Assembly: GCA_965219995.1 (NCBI GenBank)
Contig: CBDCOX010000002.1
Coordinates: 4,128,001-4,192,000 of the forward strand
DNA from: Candidatus Latescibacterota bacterium
GTDB lineage: Bacteria > Latescibacterota > UBA2968 > GCA-2709665
Direction: 5' to 3'
DNA length: 64,000 nt
Part shown: in pieces, positions 1 through 9,785 of the stretch
Numbering within the stretch: position 1 is the stretch's first letter
Layout of the letters: every line of letters begins with the position of its first letter
The notes under the pieces: model-generated
What the model was told of the DNA's origin: nothing
Database searches by the model: none
What the model saw: the letters and a program-made list of their open reading frames with translations, nothing else
Translations under genes and position numbers: made by a program

Positions 1-618
1 TTCGGTTCCATCGGCCATATACATTTCCGTTCGCGGCCCCGCCTGACCCGCCTTCAATATCGCGCACACGCGTCCAACGGTGAACTGATCGAAAATCGAG
101 CTGCCGGACAGCACGTGGCTGGGCCGTACGATGGAAATGCGCAGCCCGGTCTCACGGGATGTCCGCTCCGCCATCAGCTCCCCGATATACTTGGAGAGGG
201 AATACTCGTTGTCGGGCCGTTTGGGATGCAACTCGTCCACGGGGTGGTAGGCGCAGGCGATGTTCTCGCCGTTGTTCGGGAAGACGCCGGACGAACTCAC
301 GTAGACGTACCGTTCCAGCCTGTCCGCGAACCGCCCGCACGCCCGCGACACCTCCAGGTTGATTTGCGTGTTGAGTTCGAACCAGGGTCCCACCAGGTTG
401 GCGGTGTGGATCACGGCATCCGTCCCCGACACGACCCGTTTCGCAAATTCCCCGTCGGTCAAATCCCCGTCCAGAATGTCCACGTCCAGGCCTTCCAGCC
501 GGTTCAGGCAGGGATCGTCCGGTATAACCGAACCCCGGACTTCATAATTCAGATCCAGTAACTGCCGGACCAGCCGGCATCCCACCTGCCCTGCAGCGCC
601 TGTCACCAGAACTTTCAT
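1..618 (-). CDS. NAD-dependent epimerase/dehydratase family protein (3' end runs off the window)
   Basis: Own translation from ATG at 618 with AGGAGG RBS: MKVLVTGAAGQVGCRLVRQLLDLNYEVRG, an extended-SDR TGxxGxxG Rossmann motif; absent from the ORF track because it is truncated. Confidence 0.85.
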   Translation of the reverse strand, partial: MKVLVTGAAGQVGCRLVRQLLDLNYEVRGSVIPDDPCLNRLEGLDVDILDGDLTDGEFAKRVVSGTDAVIHTANLVGPWFELNTQINLEVSRACGRFADRLERYVYVSSSGVFPNNGENIACAYHPVDELHPKRPDNEYSLSKYIGELMAERTSRETGLRISIVRPSHVLSGSSIFDQFTVGRVCAILKAGQAGPRTEMYMADGTE

Positions 619-740
619 GGACCACCTCCTGATCGTGCACAGACGAGTTTTCCGTCACCCGCACGAAACCCGCCAGTCCCGCAGTCGTAACAGGATGAAC
701 GGCACCAATATAGCGCCCGTCGTTACCGTCCGCAACATCT

Positions 741-785
741 GGTCTTGCTCCCCCTCTCCCCCCGGGTGAGAGGGGGAGCAAGACC
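741..785. repeat. Perfect 18-bp inverted repeat (CCCCTCTCC-type REP-like hairpin)
   Basis: GGTCTTGCTCCCCCTCTC (741-758) / GAGAGGGGGAGCAAGACC (768-785). Confidence 0.8.
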
Positions 786-935
786 GGGGAGACGTTAGAC
801 GTGAGACGGTAGAGGAAGACTTTTACAGCAGTGTTTCCACATAAACAGTGCCTGTTCATTTGCCGTTATCGTTACGGCAAGAAAAACCATCGGGCACACA
901 AATCTTCTCCCCTCTTCCGTCTCCCGTCTCACCGC
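785..935. repeat. Heptamer-armed repeat element, copy A (core type 1)
   Basis: Left arm GAGACGTTAGACGTGAGACGGTAGA, core ACAGCAGTGTTT...GTGCCTG...TTGCCGTTATCGTTACGGCAA...GGGCAC, right arm CCGTCTCCCGTCTCACCG; homologous to ~25300-25450, ~56850-57020 and ~63210-63372. Confidence 0.85.
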
Positions 936-1100
936 TCTTCGAGCGCCCGCCTTTCTTCTATATGGAAACGGGTCGTCCAATTCGCTAAATTGACGAAACG
1001 CCGCACTTGCGTTGTTCCGCAAGGTGGAACTGTAGCGCGAATCCAATGCATCCCGTGCCGTTCGGCCAGGCAACCCCACGCCTCTTACGGAGCGCCGACC

Positions 1101-2171
1101 ATGTCCGCCGCATCCCGCTTCCGCCCCGCACACATGCACGCCGTCTCCCGCAATCTGCTGATGGCTGCCGGCGCCCCCCGCCACGTGGCGGAAACCGTTT
1201 CCGAAATCCTCGTCAACTCCAACCTCTCCGGCCACGATTCCCACGGCGTCCTCCGCATCCCGACCTATTTGGACGGCATCGCGGGTGGATCGATCGTTCC
1301 CGCCGCCGAACCCGAGGTCGTCCGCAAAGGTACGATTACGCTCATCGTCGACGGACACAGCGGGATGGGCATCTACACCGCGCGAAGGGCCATCGACCTC
1401 GCCATCGACAATGCCGCCGGATCGGGAGTATGCTGCATCAGTTTCAGGCGCGTGGGCCACTTCGGCCGGCTGGGCGAGTACGCGGAGATCGCCGCCCGCG
1501 CAGGATGTATCGCCATCATCACCATCGGCGTGGGGACCGTGGATGCTGTCGCGCCTTACGGCGCAACGCGGGGCCCTTTAGGCACCAATCCGATCGCCGT
1601 TGGCGTACCCACGGGCGACGCGGCCCCGTTCATCCTGGACATCGCCACCAGCATCGTGGCCGAAGGCAAGCTCCAGGTGGCGCGGGCCGAGAACGCGTCC
1701 ATCCCCGACGGATATATCCTGGACAAGCACGGCAACCCGAGTACCGATCCGCTGGATTTCTACGACGGAGGATATCTCCTGCCGTTCGGGGCGCACAAGG
1801 GTTCCGGTCTCCTGCTGCTGACCTGCCTGCTGAGCGGCTTGTCCGGCCTGCCGGAAGTGGAGGAGGGCACACTCTCGGGCGCCTACATGCAGGTGATCCG
1901 CGTGAGCGCCTTCACGCCGCTCGAGACCTATCAGCGCGGGATTCGCACCTTCCTGGATAACATCAAGGCCATCCCCCCGGCGCCCGGATTCGACGAGGTC
2001 CTCGTGCCCGGCGATTTCGAACACCGCACCCGCGTGAAGCGCCTGCGCGAGGGATTCGACATTCCGGGTCCTATCGTGGAGCAATTGCGAGATCGAGCAG
2101 ACCGGCTCAATGTGTCGATGTCGGAGGACACCATCGAACCGGGCGATGAGGAAAGGTACGAGAAGCGGTGA
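1101..2171 (+). CDS. Ldh_2 family (malate/L-lactate/ureidoglycolate-type) oxidoreductase
   Basis: Motifs GHDSHGV, HFGRLGEY, GTNPIA, LDIATS, HKGSGL; start trimmed to MSAASRF because the longer ORF reads through the repeat. Confidence 0.9.
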   Translation: MSAASRFRPAHMHAVSRNLLMAAGAPRHVAETVSEILVNSNLSGHDSHGVLRIPTYLDGIAGGSIVPAAEPEVVRKGTITLIVDGHSGMGIYTARRAIDLAIDNAAGSGVCCISFRRVGHFGRLGEYAEIAARAGCIAIITIGVGTVDAVAPYGATRGPLGTNPIAVGVPTGDAAPFILDIATSIVAEGKLQVARAENASIPDGYILDKHGNPSTDPLDFYDGGYLLPFGAHKGSGLLLLTCLLSGLSGLPEVEEGTLSGAYMQVIRVSAFTPLETYQRGIRTFLDNIKAIPPAPGFDEVLVPGDFEHRTRVKRLREGFDIPGPIVEQLRDRADRLNVSMSEDTIEPGDEERYEKR

Positions 2172-2330
2172 GACGTAAGACGGGAGACGGTAGAAAAAAG
2201 CGGTGAGACGTAAGACGGGAGACGGTAGATGACATCTTTGCCAGATTGGTTTCTCCTTTTTTGCCTCCGGCAAGATACGAAACCGCACGGGGCTGACAAT
2301 CTCTCCCGTCTTACCTCTAACGTCTCCCCC
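2163..2330. repeat. Heptamer-armed repeat element, copy B (core type 2), with a 32-bp direct duplication of the left arm
   Basis: AAGCGGTGAGACGTAAGACGGGAGACGGTAGA at 2163-2194 and 2198-2229; the first copy supplies the TGA stop of the Ldh gene; right arm CTCCCGTCTTACCTCTAACGTCTCC. Confidence 0.85.
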
Positions 2331-2360
2331 GGGGAAGGGGGAGGAGAGGTCTGCGACAAC

Positions 2361-2420
2361 ATATCGGTACGCCGGTCCCGGAAGGAGGAGGTTGAAATCT
2401 ATGAGAGCGAAAGAACTTGA
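2361..2420 (+). pseudogene. C-terminal remnant of a BrnT-family toxin
   Basis: Reads ISVRRSRKEEVEIYESERT*, the typical BrnT C-terminus (IISxRR...E...YE), overlapping the antitoxin start; repeat DNA lies where the rest of the gene would be. Confidence 0.65.
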
Positions 2421-2643
2421 CGAGAGGTTCGACAGCGGGGAAGACATCACGAAATTCCTGGAGCTTGAGCAGGCGAGACGACCGGCCGAGGAACCGAAGC
2501 GGGTGAACGTCGATTTTCCGCTATGGATGGTTCATTCCCTGGATCGGGAAGCCGGACGTTTAGGCGTCACGCGGCAGTCCGTCATCAAATTCTGGATCGC
2601 GGAGAAATTGAAGCTGGCGTCTTCGTCAGATGGAGGGCCGTGA
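2401..2643 (+). CDS. BrnA/CopG-family (ribbon-helix-helix) antitoxin
   Basis: MRAKELDERFDSGEDIT...KRVNVDFPLWMVHSLDREAGRLGVTRQSVIKFWIAEKL; GGAGG RBS upstream. Confidence 0.85.
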   Translation: MRAKELDERFDSGEDITKFLELEQARRPAEEPKRVNVDFPLWMVHSLDREAGRLGVTRQSVIKFWIAEKLKLASSSDGGP

Positions 2644-2671
2644 CAACGTCACGTTCGGGTATACAATAAAC

Positions 2672-2735
2672 GTAGGGGCGACGCATGCGTCGCCCCTTCT
2701 ACCAAAAAGGGGCGCAGAACCTCGCCCCTTTTTTT
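2672..2735. repeat. GTAG-type REP palindrome followed by a second GGGGCG/CGCCCC hairpin with T-tract (possible terminator)
   Basis: GTAGGGGCGACGCATGCGTCGCCCCT then AAAAGGGGCG-cagaacct-CGCCCCTTTT, between convergent genes. Confidence 0.7.
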
Positions 2736-2752
2736 GTTTTTTCGCGGCGCAC

Positions 2753-3346
2753 CTATACGTGCGGGCCGCGTTCCCTGATAATCCGCAGCGCCAGGTCCGG
2801 ATCGATCTGCACGATCATCTCCGGTTCGATCTTGCAGTGGCCCGGCAGGTCGAACCCCGCCACCGCACTCCTCGCGTGCCACCCGGACAGCGACGCGTCC
2901 ATCCCGTCTTCGCCGAACCGCGAACCCGGCCCGCCGAACACGTCGTGAAAGACCGTGCTGTACCCGTCCACGACCTGCGGCGACTTCGAGAAAGATCCGC
3001 CGCCTGCGGAATTCACCATTCCGATGCATTTTACGCAATACCACACGTCGTTGAGCGTTCCGTACGGGTCCAGCGCCCAATGCAGCGTCACGACGTGGGA
3101 AATACCCGCCTCCCTGCCCGCTTCGAAACCGGCTTCCACGTCCGCGTCGTCGTTGGTGACCGCGCCGACCCCACCCCCTGTGCCGGATGTGAACACCAGC
3201 CCGGAAGGCGTAAACGTGGCCATGCAGATCCGCCTGCCCTGCGGTGCCGGACACGCGTCCTCCCTGGACCCCAGATCGATCCCGAGCTCCTTCAGCCGGT
3301 CGTACACGTCGAAATCCCGATGCCATGAACTGTGCAGTTCCGCCAT
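2753..3346 (-). CDS. RidA/YjgF-superfamily protein (Rid1-like, extended)
   Basis: RLKELGIDL N-terminus, LVFTSG, VKCIGMVNS, PQVVDGYS...VFG, HARSAV, EPEMIVQI; GGAG RBS. Confidence 0.7.
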   Translation of the reverse strand: MAELHSSWHRDFDVYDRLKELGIDLGSREDACPAPQGRRICMATFTPSGLVFTSGTGGGVGAVTNDDADVEAGFEAGREAGISHVVTLHWALDPYGTLNDVWYCVKCIGMVNSAGGGSFSKSPQVVDGYSTVFHDVFGGPGSRFGEDGMDASLSGWHARSAVAGFDLPGHCKIEPEMIVQIDPDLALRIIRERGPHV

Positions 3347-3492
3347 GTGCTCTCCTCTGTTTGAGATTGCGATTGAAAACGACCATTCAAAATAAAGTGT
3401 TCGAAAGCAATGTCAAGCCCCGATGAAATTACGGACTCGCGGAACCCCCGCGGAAGAAAGCTCGCCGAGTCCGGTTTTTATTCCCGTTCCCG

Positions 3493-4563
3493 CTACCAGA
3501 TTGTAGCGGCGATATACCGTTCGCCATCGGGCTCGTCGTCGTAGTAATACGCCGCGACGACCCTTCCATCGGGGCGTTCTACCGCGCGGGGATAGCCGAC
3601 GTCGTGGTCCCCTCCGTCGTCCCGCAGGACCACCGGATCGGACCATGTCACGCCTTCGTCTTCGCTCGTCACCGCGCGCAGTCCCGACGGCGCGTCGCGG
3701 TACCCGTATACCAGACACAGGCGCCCGTCGCCGAGCAGCATCATCGCGGGCGGGTTGCCGCCAGTTCCGGTTTCCGCGACCGGCCGGTTGAGATGGCGCC
3801 AACTGGCCGCGTTGTCGTCGGATCCGTACAGGTCGATCCAGTTGCCGTCCCTGCTTTCAGCGCCTCCACGACATCGCACGGCAACCAGGATGCGCCCGCC
3901 GGGAAGCCTGACGCTGGCCGGCATGATGGCGAATCCGTCGGGTTCCGCTCCGATCCAGGATCGAAACTCGAACGTCCTGCCGCCGTCGGTGGTCCGCGCG
4001 CAGAACACCCTGCCCTCGCGACCGTTTGACTTGGCCGACGTCAGGAATAGCGTGCACGTATCCCTGCCATTCAGCAGATAGTCCGTCCGGGCCGCGATGC
4101 CCGGCAGTCCGAACATGGGCAGACCGAACGGACCGTCCCAGGAGCGGCAGCGGTCGGTCGACGTGTAGAACCACGACCGCGCGCCGGCGGAGAGACCGGT
4201 CCGGGCGCACATCATCGCGAAGTCCGGGTGGCTGAAATCGATCCCTCCCGGGTGCCCCATGGGCAGCGCGGCCGCCACCTCTGTCTCCAGCGAGCGGTTC
4301 ACATGCTCGTTCGCCGATGCCCCCTTACCTTCCGGAGAGGCGATCGGTATCGGTTCGACCGTCCAGCTGAGACCGCCGTCCAGACTCCGCGCCTGCATCG
4401 TCTCGAACGGCCGGTCCCGGTCCCGCCGGTGAAATCCGCCGTCCGACTTGTGGTACCCCAGTGTGAACCCCACCACGATCTCGTCTCCCCACGACCAGAT
4501 CCCGTAATTGGCGGGCCATCCGGCGTATCGCCCTTTTTCCTTGTAAATGACGACGTGTTCCAT
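3493..4563 (-). CDS. Sialidase-like (BNR/Asp-box) beta-propeller protein
   Basis: Asp-boxes SLDGGLSW, STDRCRSW, TTDGGRTF, SDDNAASW, SEDEGVTW; DVGYP near the C-terminus. Confidence 0.85.
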   Translation of the reverse strand: MEHVVIYKEKGRYAGWPANYGIWSWGDEIVVGFTLGYHKSDGGFHRRDRDRPFETMQARSLDGGLSWTVEPIPIASPEGKGASANEHVNRSLETEVAAALPMGHPGGIDFSHPDFAMMCARTGLSAGARSWFYTSTDRCRSWDGPFGLPMFGLPGIAARTDYLLNGRDTCTLFLTSAKSNGREGRVFCARTTDGGRTFEFRSWIGAEPDGFAIMPASVRLPGGRILVAVRCRGGAESRDGNWIDLYGSDDNAASWRHLNRPVAETGTGGNPPAMMLLGDGRLCLVYGYRDAPSGLRAVTSEDEGVTWSDPVVLRDDGGDHDVGYPRAVERPDGRVVAAYYYDDEPDGERYIAATIW

Positions 4564-4770
4564 ATTTCGCACTCCCAATTTCTGTAATGTGAACGACTCC
4601 GGTCGGTAGTCGGCGAATTCGATCAGAACGCACGTATGGCGACCGCGTGGGAGACGCCGTAACCGGACTTACCAACACTTGCCCACGCAAATCCGCCTTG
4701 TGCGCCGTGACAGGCGGCATTATTCTATACCGGTCGCAGCAAACAGCTTCTAAACAGAAAGGACTCTTCG

Positions 4771-5415
4771 ATGGACACACTGCAACTCGCGGCGCCTCCC
4801 AACGCCTTCATCCTGTTCAACGGCAGGGACCTCAGCAACTGGACCTCCGTCGACGGCGGCGAACCCGGCTGGTCCGTGGAAGACGGCATCCTGCAGGTCG
4901 TGCCTCGCTCCGGGAATATCGTGCATACTGAACCCCTGACCGATTTCTACATGCACCTGGAATTCCGATGCCCGGACATGCCCGAAGCCACGGGACAGGC
5001 CAAAGGAAACAGCGGTGTCTTTCTCCACGGACTCTATGAGATCCAGGTCCTGGATTCATCGGGGATCAACATTCCGGGCACAGGAGACTGCGGCGCCTTC
5101 TACGACCAGTCGGCGCCCCTGGTGAACGCGTGCAAAGCGGCCATGGAATGGCAGACCTACGACATCGCTTTCCGTGCGCCTCGACTGGACGAAGAGGGCG
5201 GGGTGGCCGAACACGCACGCGCTACCGTTTTCCAGAATGGCACCGTGATCCAGAACAACGTGCAGATCTCATGCCCGACGGGTTCCGCCTCGAACAAGCC
5301 GGTGGAAACCTCCGGCCCCCTGCTCCTGCAGGACCACGGAGACCGCGTCGCCTACCGCAACATCTGGGCCGTTCCGCTTCCGCTTACTGGATCCGATACC
5401 TACGAACCGCGGTAG
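4771..5415 (+). CDS. DUF1080 (3-keto-disaccharide hydrolase-like) protein
   Basis: LFNGRDLSNW, GNSGVF, YEIQVLDS, EWQTYDI, LQDHGDRVAYRNIW. Confidence 0.9.
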   Translation: MDTLQLAAPPNAFILFNGRDLSNWTSVDGGEPGWSVEDGILQVVPRSGNIVHTEPLTDFYMHLEFRCPDMPEATGQAKGNSGVFLHGLYEIQVLDSSGINIPGTGDCGAFYDQSAPLVNACKAAMEWQTYDIAFRAPRLDEEGGVAEHARATVFQNGTVIQNNVQISCPTGSASNKPVETSGPLLLQDHGDRVAYRNIWAVPLPLTGSDTYEPR

Positions 5416-5541
5416 CAATCGCATCGGGAAGAATAGATACCGAAAGATCTGACTGGTAGTGTATTGTCGCGAGAACGTACCGCCGTTCTCCCAACGATTT
5501 ATCCCATCAGGATGCCCAAGCATTTGTGGAGCTTTGCGAAA

Positions 5542-5685
5542 CGTGGTCATTGAGCTTGTCGAAATGCCCGTGTTTCGATACCCTTGAACAGGCTCAGGGT
5601 GCACCGCCCGGGGCTGTTTGCTTGCCTTCGCCGACCCTTCGTCCCTTCGACAAGCTCGGGGCACCGCATGCTCAGGGAGCGGCTC
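5542..5685. repeat. TTCGACAAGCTCA-type palindromic REP/MITE-like element, copy 1
   Basis: Termini CGTGGTCATTGAGCTTGTCGAAATGCCCG and CCCTTCGACAAGCTCGGGGCACCGCATGCTCAGGGAGCGGCTC recur in reverse complement at 48100-48248. Confidence 0.8.
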
Positions 5686-5704
5686 TGGGCCCAAAGACGA
5701 TCCC

Positions 5705-6301
5705 ATGACCGATACCATCGAACTGAGCAGCCTGGAAACGGACCCCCGCCTCCTCAGGTTCGCCCTCAACGGGAGCGGCGTCGACGGGCCCTCCTTCGAT
5801 GCCTGGAAGCAGGCCCGATCGTTCATCTCCTCCGAAATCCACCGTCCCGGCACCCTCCTGGACATCGGCTGCGCCAACGGCTTTCTGCTGCGGTGCCTCA
5901 CCGTGTGGAGCAACCACGAACTCACCCCGTTCGGCTTCGACGCCAGCGAGGGCAGGATCATGGATACCGCCAGGTTCTTCCCCTCGCAGGAGATGCAGTT
6001 CGCCCGCCTTCCGGTCGAACGGCTGGCGGAGATCGATTCGCATGGACTCCCGCGGACCTATGACTTCGTCTACTGGGCGGTCTGGGACAACTACCGGTTC
6101 GACAGACCGGACCGAATCGATCTGCTCAGACGCGCGTTTGAAAACGTGAGAGACGACGGGCGGCTGATCCTGGGTTTCTATGACCGCAAGCCCGAGACGA
6201 TAGAAAATAAAATCGCCCAGATCAGGGCGCTCAACCTGGGGCATGCGGTCCGCGTGGCCAATCCCGACGGCCCGCAGGTTCTGCTCAGGCTATCGAAATA
6301 G
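5705..6301 (+). CDS. Class I SAM-dependent methyltransferase
   Basis: Motif I LLDIGCANG, GFDAS, YDFVY, DGRLILG; start trimmed to MTDTIEL downstream of the repeat. Confidence 0.75.
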   Translation: MTDTIELSSLETDPRLLRFALNGSGVDGPSFDAWKQARSFISSEIHRPGTLLDIGCANGFLLRCLTVWSNHELTPFGFDASEGRIMDTARFFPSQEMQFARLPVERLAEIDSHGLPRTYDFVYWAVWDNYRFDRPDRIDLLRRAFENVRDDGRLILGFYDRKPETIENKIAQIRALNLGHAVRVANPDGPQVLLRLSK

Positions 6302-6304
6302 CAA

Positions 6305-6500
6305 AGGCGGTGAGCAAAAGCGGTGAGACGTGAGACGCAAGACGGTAGAGGAAATCCTTGCCCGATATGCTCTTCCTTAAAGCCTCCGGCCTGAATTGAG
6401 ACCTCACAGGGCTGGTAGTCTCTCCCGTCTCCCGTCTAACGACTACCCGCTCTTCAGGCACTGATATCCTCTCCCGTCTCCCGTCTAACGTCTACCCTGC
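6305..6500. repeat. Heptamer-armed repeat element, copy C (core type 2) with an extra right arm
   Basis: GCGGTGAGACGTGAGACGCAAGACGGTAGA...TTGCCC...GCCTCCGGC...GGGCTG...CTCCCGTCTCCCGTCTAACG (right arm twice); between convergent genes. Confidence 0.85.
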
Positions 6501-6506
6501 CTTTTC

Positions 6507-6971
6507 TCATCTCCTGATCACGTCTTCGAACTCCTGGAACATTTCGATGCTGATCCCGTCGGGGTCCAGCGCGTACATCGCGCGGGCAACCACCACCCCG
6601 TCCCGGTCCACGTCCGTGGGCGGATTGATCGACCCGAATCCCGCCGCCTTCAGTTGCGCATACATCGCGTCCACGTCGTCCACCTCAAACGCCACGTGCG
6701 ACGCGCCCAGGAACCGGTTTTCCTGAGGCCGCGCTTCGACCCGCGGATGAACATATTGGACGAGTTCCAGGATGAACTCATTCACGGGATGCCGCAGGAT
6801 CGCGATCATCAGATGGACCTGATCGTAGCCCAGAATCGTATCGTAGGACGGTATGTCCTTCCGCTCGGATATCCGCACGAGCTCCAGACCGAGCAGGTCC
6901 TGGTAGAACGAAACCGAACGATCCAGGTCCGATACCGTAAATCCGTGATGGTGCCCCATGACAATGCCCAT
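6507..6971 (-). CDS. VOC/glyoxalase family protein
   Basis: HHHGFTVSDLDRSVSFYQDLLG, ELVQY, HVAFEVDD, DPDGISIEM. Confidence 0.9.
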   Translation of the reverse strand: MGIVMGHHHGFTVSDLDRSVSFYQDLLGLELVRISERKDIPSYDTILGYDQVHLMIAILRHPVNEFILELVQYVHPRVEARPQENRFLGASHVAFEVDDVDAMYAQLKAAGFGSINPPTDVDRDGVVVARAMYALDPDGISIEMFQEFEDVIRR

Positions 6972-7268
6972 GTTTCTTCGCTCCCTGAAAGTCAATTTAT
7001 GCCTGCTGCGCAATCGCCAAAATCGTCTGTAGTGGGCCGTCGCGCCATATCCGGTTTGGTTAATATAAAGCCTGACCCTATAATATCAAGGTCGGCTTGA
7101 GACGGCGCGGGCGGATTACGAGCGCGAGCCCCTTGTTTTCAGGGGCGATTCAGGGAACTCCCGGCCAGGTGCGGTCGTCTATATTGAACCAGCCGCGGCC
7201 GGGCCCGCTCAATCGTTGGGCCGTCTCCGGCCCGGTCCGTTCCCACACCGTTTCAAAGGAGTTGGTCC

Positions 7269-7700
7269 ATGCGCATCCGAAGCACGCTTTCCCTGGCAGC
7301 CCTTTCCGTTATCCTGATCGCCGGTCCCGGTTTCGCGGGTGCAGTCGAGGTGCCGGGCGAAGGCGATCCGGCCCTTTACGTCGTGAAAGTACACGCCGAC
7401 TGGTGCGGCGCATGCACGGCCCTGATACCCGTCCTCGATGAGGTCCGGACGTCTCTTGCGGACAAACCCGTCCTCTTTCTCGAGCTCGACGTGACCGACG
7501 CGAAACGCGCGGCCCAGTCCCGGCTGCTGGCTGCCGCTCTCGGTTTCGAAGAGCCGTTCAAAGCCAACAACAAGACAGGCCTCGTACTGCTCATCGATCC
7601 TGCCAAAAAGGCCGTCGTGGAAACCCTCACGCGCAAGAATCCCGCGCAGGAGATGACCGGCAAGATCAAGGCGCACATCGCCATGGTCGGGAAATCCTGA
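7269..7700 (+). CDS. Exported thioredoxin-fold protein
   Basis: Hydrophobic signal peptide, HADWCGAC CxxC motif; AAGGAG RBS. Confidence 0.85.
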   Translation: MRIRSTLSLAALSVILIAGPGFAGAVEVPGEGDPALYVVKVHADWCGACTALIPVLDEVRTSLADKPVLFLELDVTDAKRAAQSRLLAAALGFEEPFKANNKTGLVLLIDPAKKAVVETLTRKNPAQEMTGKIKAHIAMVGKS

Positions 7701-7764
7701 GCATCGAGGTGCTGTGCGGCGAGGGGAGACGGGCGCGTCCACTTGGCTGCTAAGGAGAGACCGG

Positions 7765-8832
7765 ATGACCATTAAAGACATCACCGCGACCAGCGTCAGC
7801 ATCCCGTATGCCGCACCGGTCGGCCCGTACGTCGGCCGGGGCGCCGGCGGCGGTACGCTGGGGGGAGCAGGCCTCATTGTCAGGATCGAGTCCGATTCCG
7901 GTCTGGTGGGATGGGGCGAGGGCACCGGGAGCTTTGAAACGGATCCCAACGCGATCCTTGCAGGCAGCCACGTTTCCGACATCGAAAAGGCGATCGGACT
8001 CCTGGAAGTTTCGGGCATCGCGAGGGGTCCCATGTCCGGCGTCGAAATGGCACTCTGGGACCTCGTCGGCAAGCACGCCGGGCTGCCGGTATGCCGACTG
8101 ATGGGCGGCGTTGTGCGCACCGAAGTCGACTTCACCGCATGCATGGGCCTGAAGGAACCCGGACGGTCCGCCGCCACGGCGCGGGAGTATATCGACCGGT
8201 GGGGGTTCCGTTTCATCAAGACGAAAGCCGGCAATGACCCCTCGCAGGACCTGGCCATTGCCGAAGCGGCCTGTAAGGAGATCGGCGGCGAAGCCGTATT
8301 CCGCCCGGATGCGAACGGCGGTTACCCGCCGGAAGAGACGATGGATATCATGCAGAAGATGGCGGACCTGGGCGTCACGCACTTCGAAGACCCATGCCAC
8401 ACCGAGCACGTGGAAACGCTCGCGCGGGTGCGCGGCGAAATCGGCACGCACATCCTCGTCAACGGCGGCGTTGCCCTGCCGGGAAGCATCCGGCCCTTTC
8501 TGGAATCCGGATGTGCTGACTCCCTGATGCCGGACACCCCGGCCGCCGGCGCGATGCTTCGCGTCAGGAAGATCGCTGACGCGGCAGAACCGTGGAACGT
8601 GCCCTGCCTGATGCACTGTTCCCACGACCTGGGCCTGAAGACCGCAGCGATTACCCATATTGCCGCTTCCACGCCCAACTTCTCGGGCCCCAACGACACC
8701 TGCTACCACGGGTTGGTGGACGACGTACTGGCCGAACCCTTCACGTTTGAAAACGGGCGGCTGAAGGTTCCTCTCGGCGCGGGCCTTGGCGTGGAAGTCG
8801 ACGAATCCAAGGTTGAACGGTACAGGGTCTGA
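7765..8832 (+). CDS. Mandelate racemase/muconate lactonizing enzyme family (enolase superfamily)
   Basis: GWGE, EMALWDLVGK, KTK, DANG, FEDP, GLGVEVD. Confidence 0.9.
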   Translation: MTIKDITATSVSIPYAAPVGPYVGRGAGGGTLGGAGLIVRIESDSGLVGWGEGTGSFETDPNAILAGSHVSDIEKAIGLLEVSGIARGPMSGVEMALWDLVGKHAGLPVCRLMGGVVRTEVDFTACMGLKEPGRSAATAREYIDRWGFRFIKTKAGNDPSQDLAIAEAACKEIGGEAVFRPDANGGYPPEETMDIMQKMADLGVTHFEDPCHTEHVETLARVRGEIGTHILVNGGVALPGSIRPFLESGCADSLMPDTPAAGAMLRVRKIADAAEPWNVPCLMHCSHDLGLKTAAITHIAASTPNFSGPNDTCYHGLVDDVLAEPFTFENGRLKVPLGAGLGVEVDESKVERYRV

Positions 8833-8917
8833 TCCCCGGTCGGCCCTTCGCCCGGTTGTCGCCAGGGCGGGGCCGGACGCCTCCCCGAAGTTTTCGTTCC
8901 AAGCTGAAAAGGCTGCC

Positions 8918-9757
8918 ATGAACGCCGTCCGAGTCGACGACCGCGACTGGTCCACGCTGACCCTGGGCGAACGCATCCGCCAGATAGAACTCGACGGTTA
9001 CGTCGTGCTGCCCGATCTGCTCACTCGCGGACACGTTACCGGGCTCAAAGCCGAGACCGCCAGGCTGGAGACCCGCCCGGTGGACTACAGCGTCCACCAG
9101 CAGGTCTGTCCGAATCTGCAATTCACCGGCGGGCTCATCACCGATCTCATCGCCCATCCTCCCACCCTCGCCTTTCTGAACGAACTGTTCGGCGGGGATC
9201 CCATCTTCATGTCACACACGTATGCCCGTTCCGAACCCGGCCATCCCGGCATCAGCCTCCACACCGACGGGCAGCCCTACGGTTCTCAGATCTTCGGGTA
9301 CGGCGGCAGCGTGCCGTTCATGGTCCGGGTGCTCTATTATCTGGACGACCTCACCCGAAACGTCTCGCCCTTCCGCGTGATCCCCCGCTCCCACCTGTCC
9401 ATGCACGCCGACGCGAACCCGTACAAACGCTACGAGGACCATCCCGAACAGGTGATGGTCCCCGTTGAATCCGGCAGCGCCGTTCTGATCAACCACAAGG
9501 TCTTTCACGGGAACTTCCCGAACACCGGCGCCCACGCCCGGGAAATGCTGGCCGTTGCCTACCGTCCCGCCTGGGCCGGCCCCATTGACGAAGTTCCCGC
9601 ATGGGACGAGGCCGACCTCGCCGCATTGCCGGATCCCGTGCGTCCCCTCTTCGCCGATCCCAACACCCGCCACTGGGACTTCCACGGCGGCAACAAACCG
9701 GCCAACATGGCCAGCGAAGCGCCCGGCATCAATCCCAGCCGCTGGGACCGTCAGTAG
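8918..9757 (+). CDS. Phytanoyl-CoA dioxygenase (PhyH) family Fe/2OG protein
   Basis: DGYVVLPDLL, HxD (LHTD), VIPRSH, distal His (FHG). Confidence 0.85.
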   Translation: MNAVRVDDRDWSTLTLGERIRQIELDGYVVLPDLLTRGHVTGLKAETARLETRPVDYSVHQQVCPNLQFTGGLITDLIAHPPTLAFLNELFGGDPIFMSHTYARSEPGHPGISLHTDGQPYGSQIFGYGGSVPFMVRVLYYLDDLTRNVSPFRVIPRSHLSMHADANPYKRYEDHPEQVMVPVESGSAVLINHKVFHGNFPNTGAHAREMLAVAYRPAWAGPIDEVPAWDEADLAALPDPVRPLFADPNTRHWDFHGGNKPANMASEAPGINPSRWDRQ

Positions 9758-9785
9758 CGCCCCGCGCTCAGCCGCCGGACGCGGG

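Noticed and set aside
831-1100. N-terminal extension of the Ldh ORF and other short ORFs crossing the repeat cores (for example MKTFTAVFLHK at 25326)
   Set aside because: They are translations of the repeat element; reading frames are not conserved between copies
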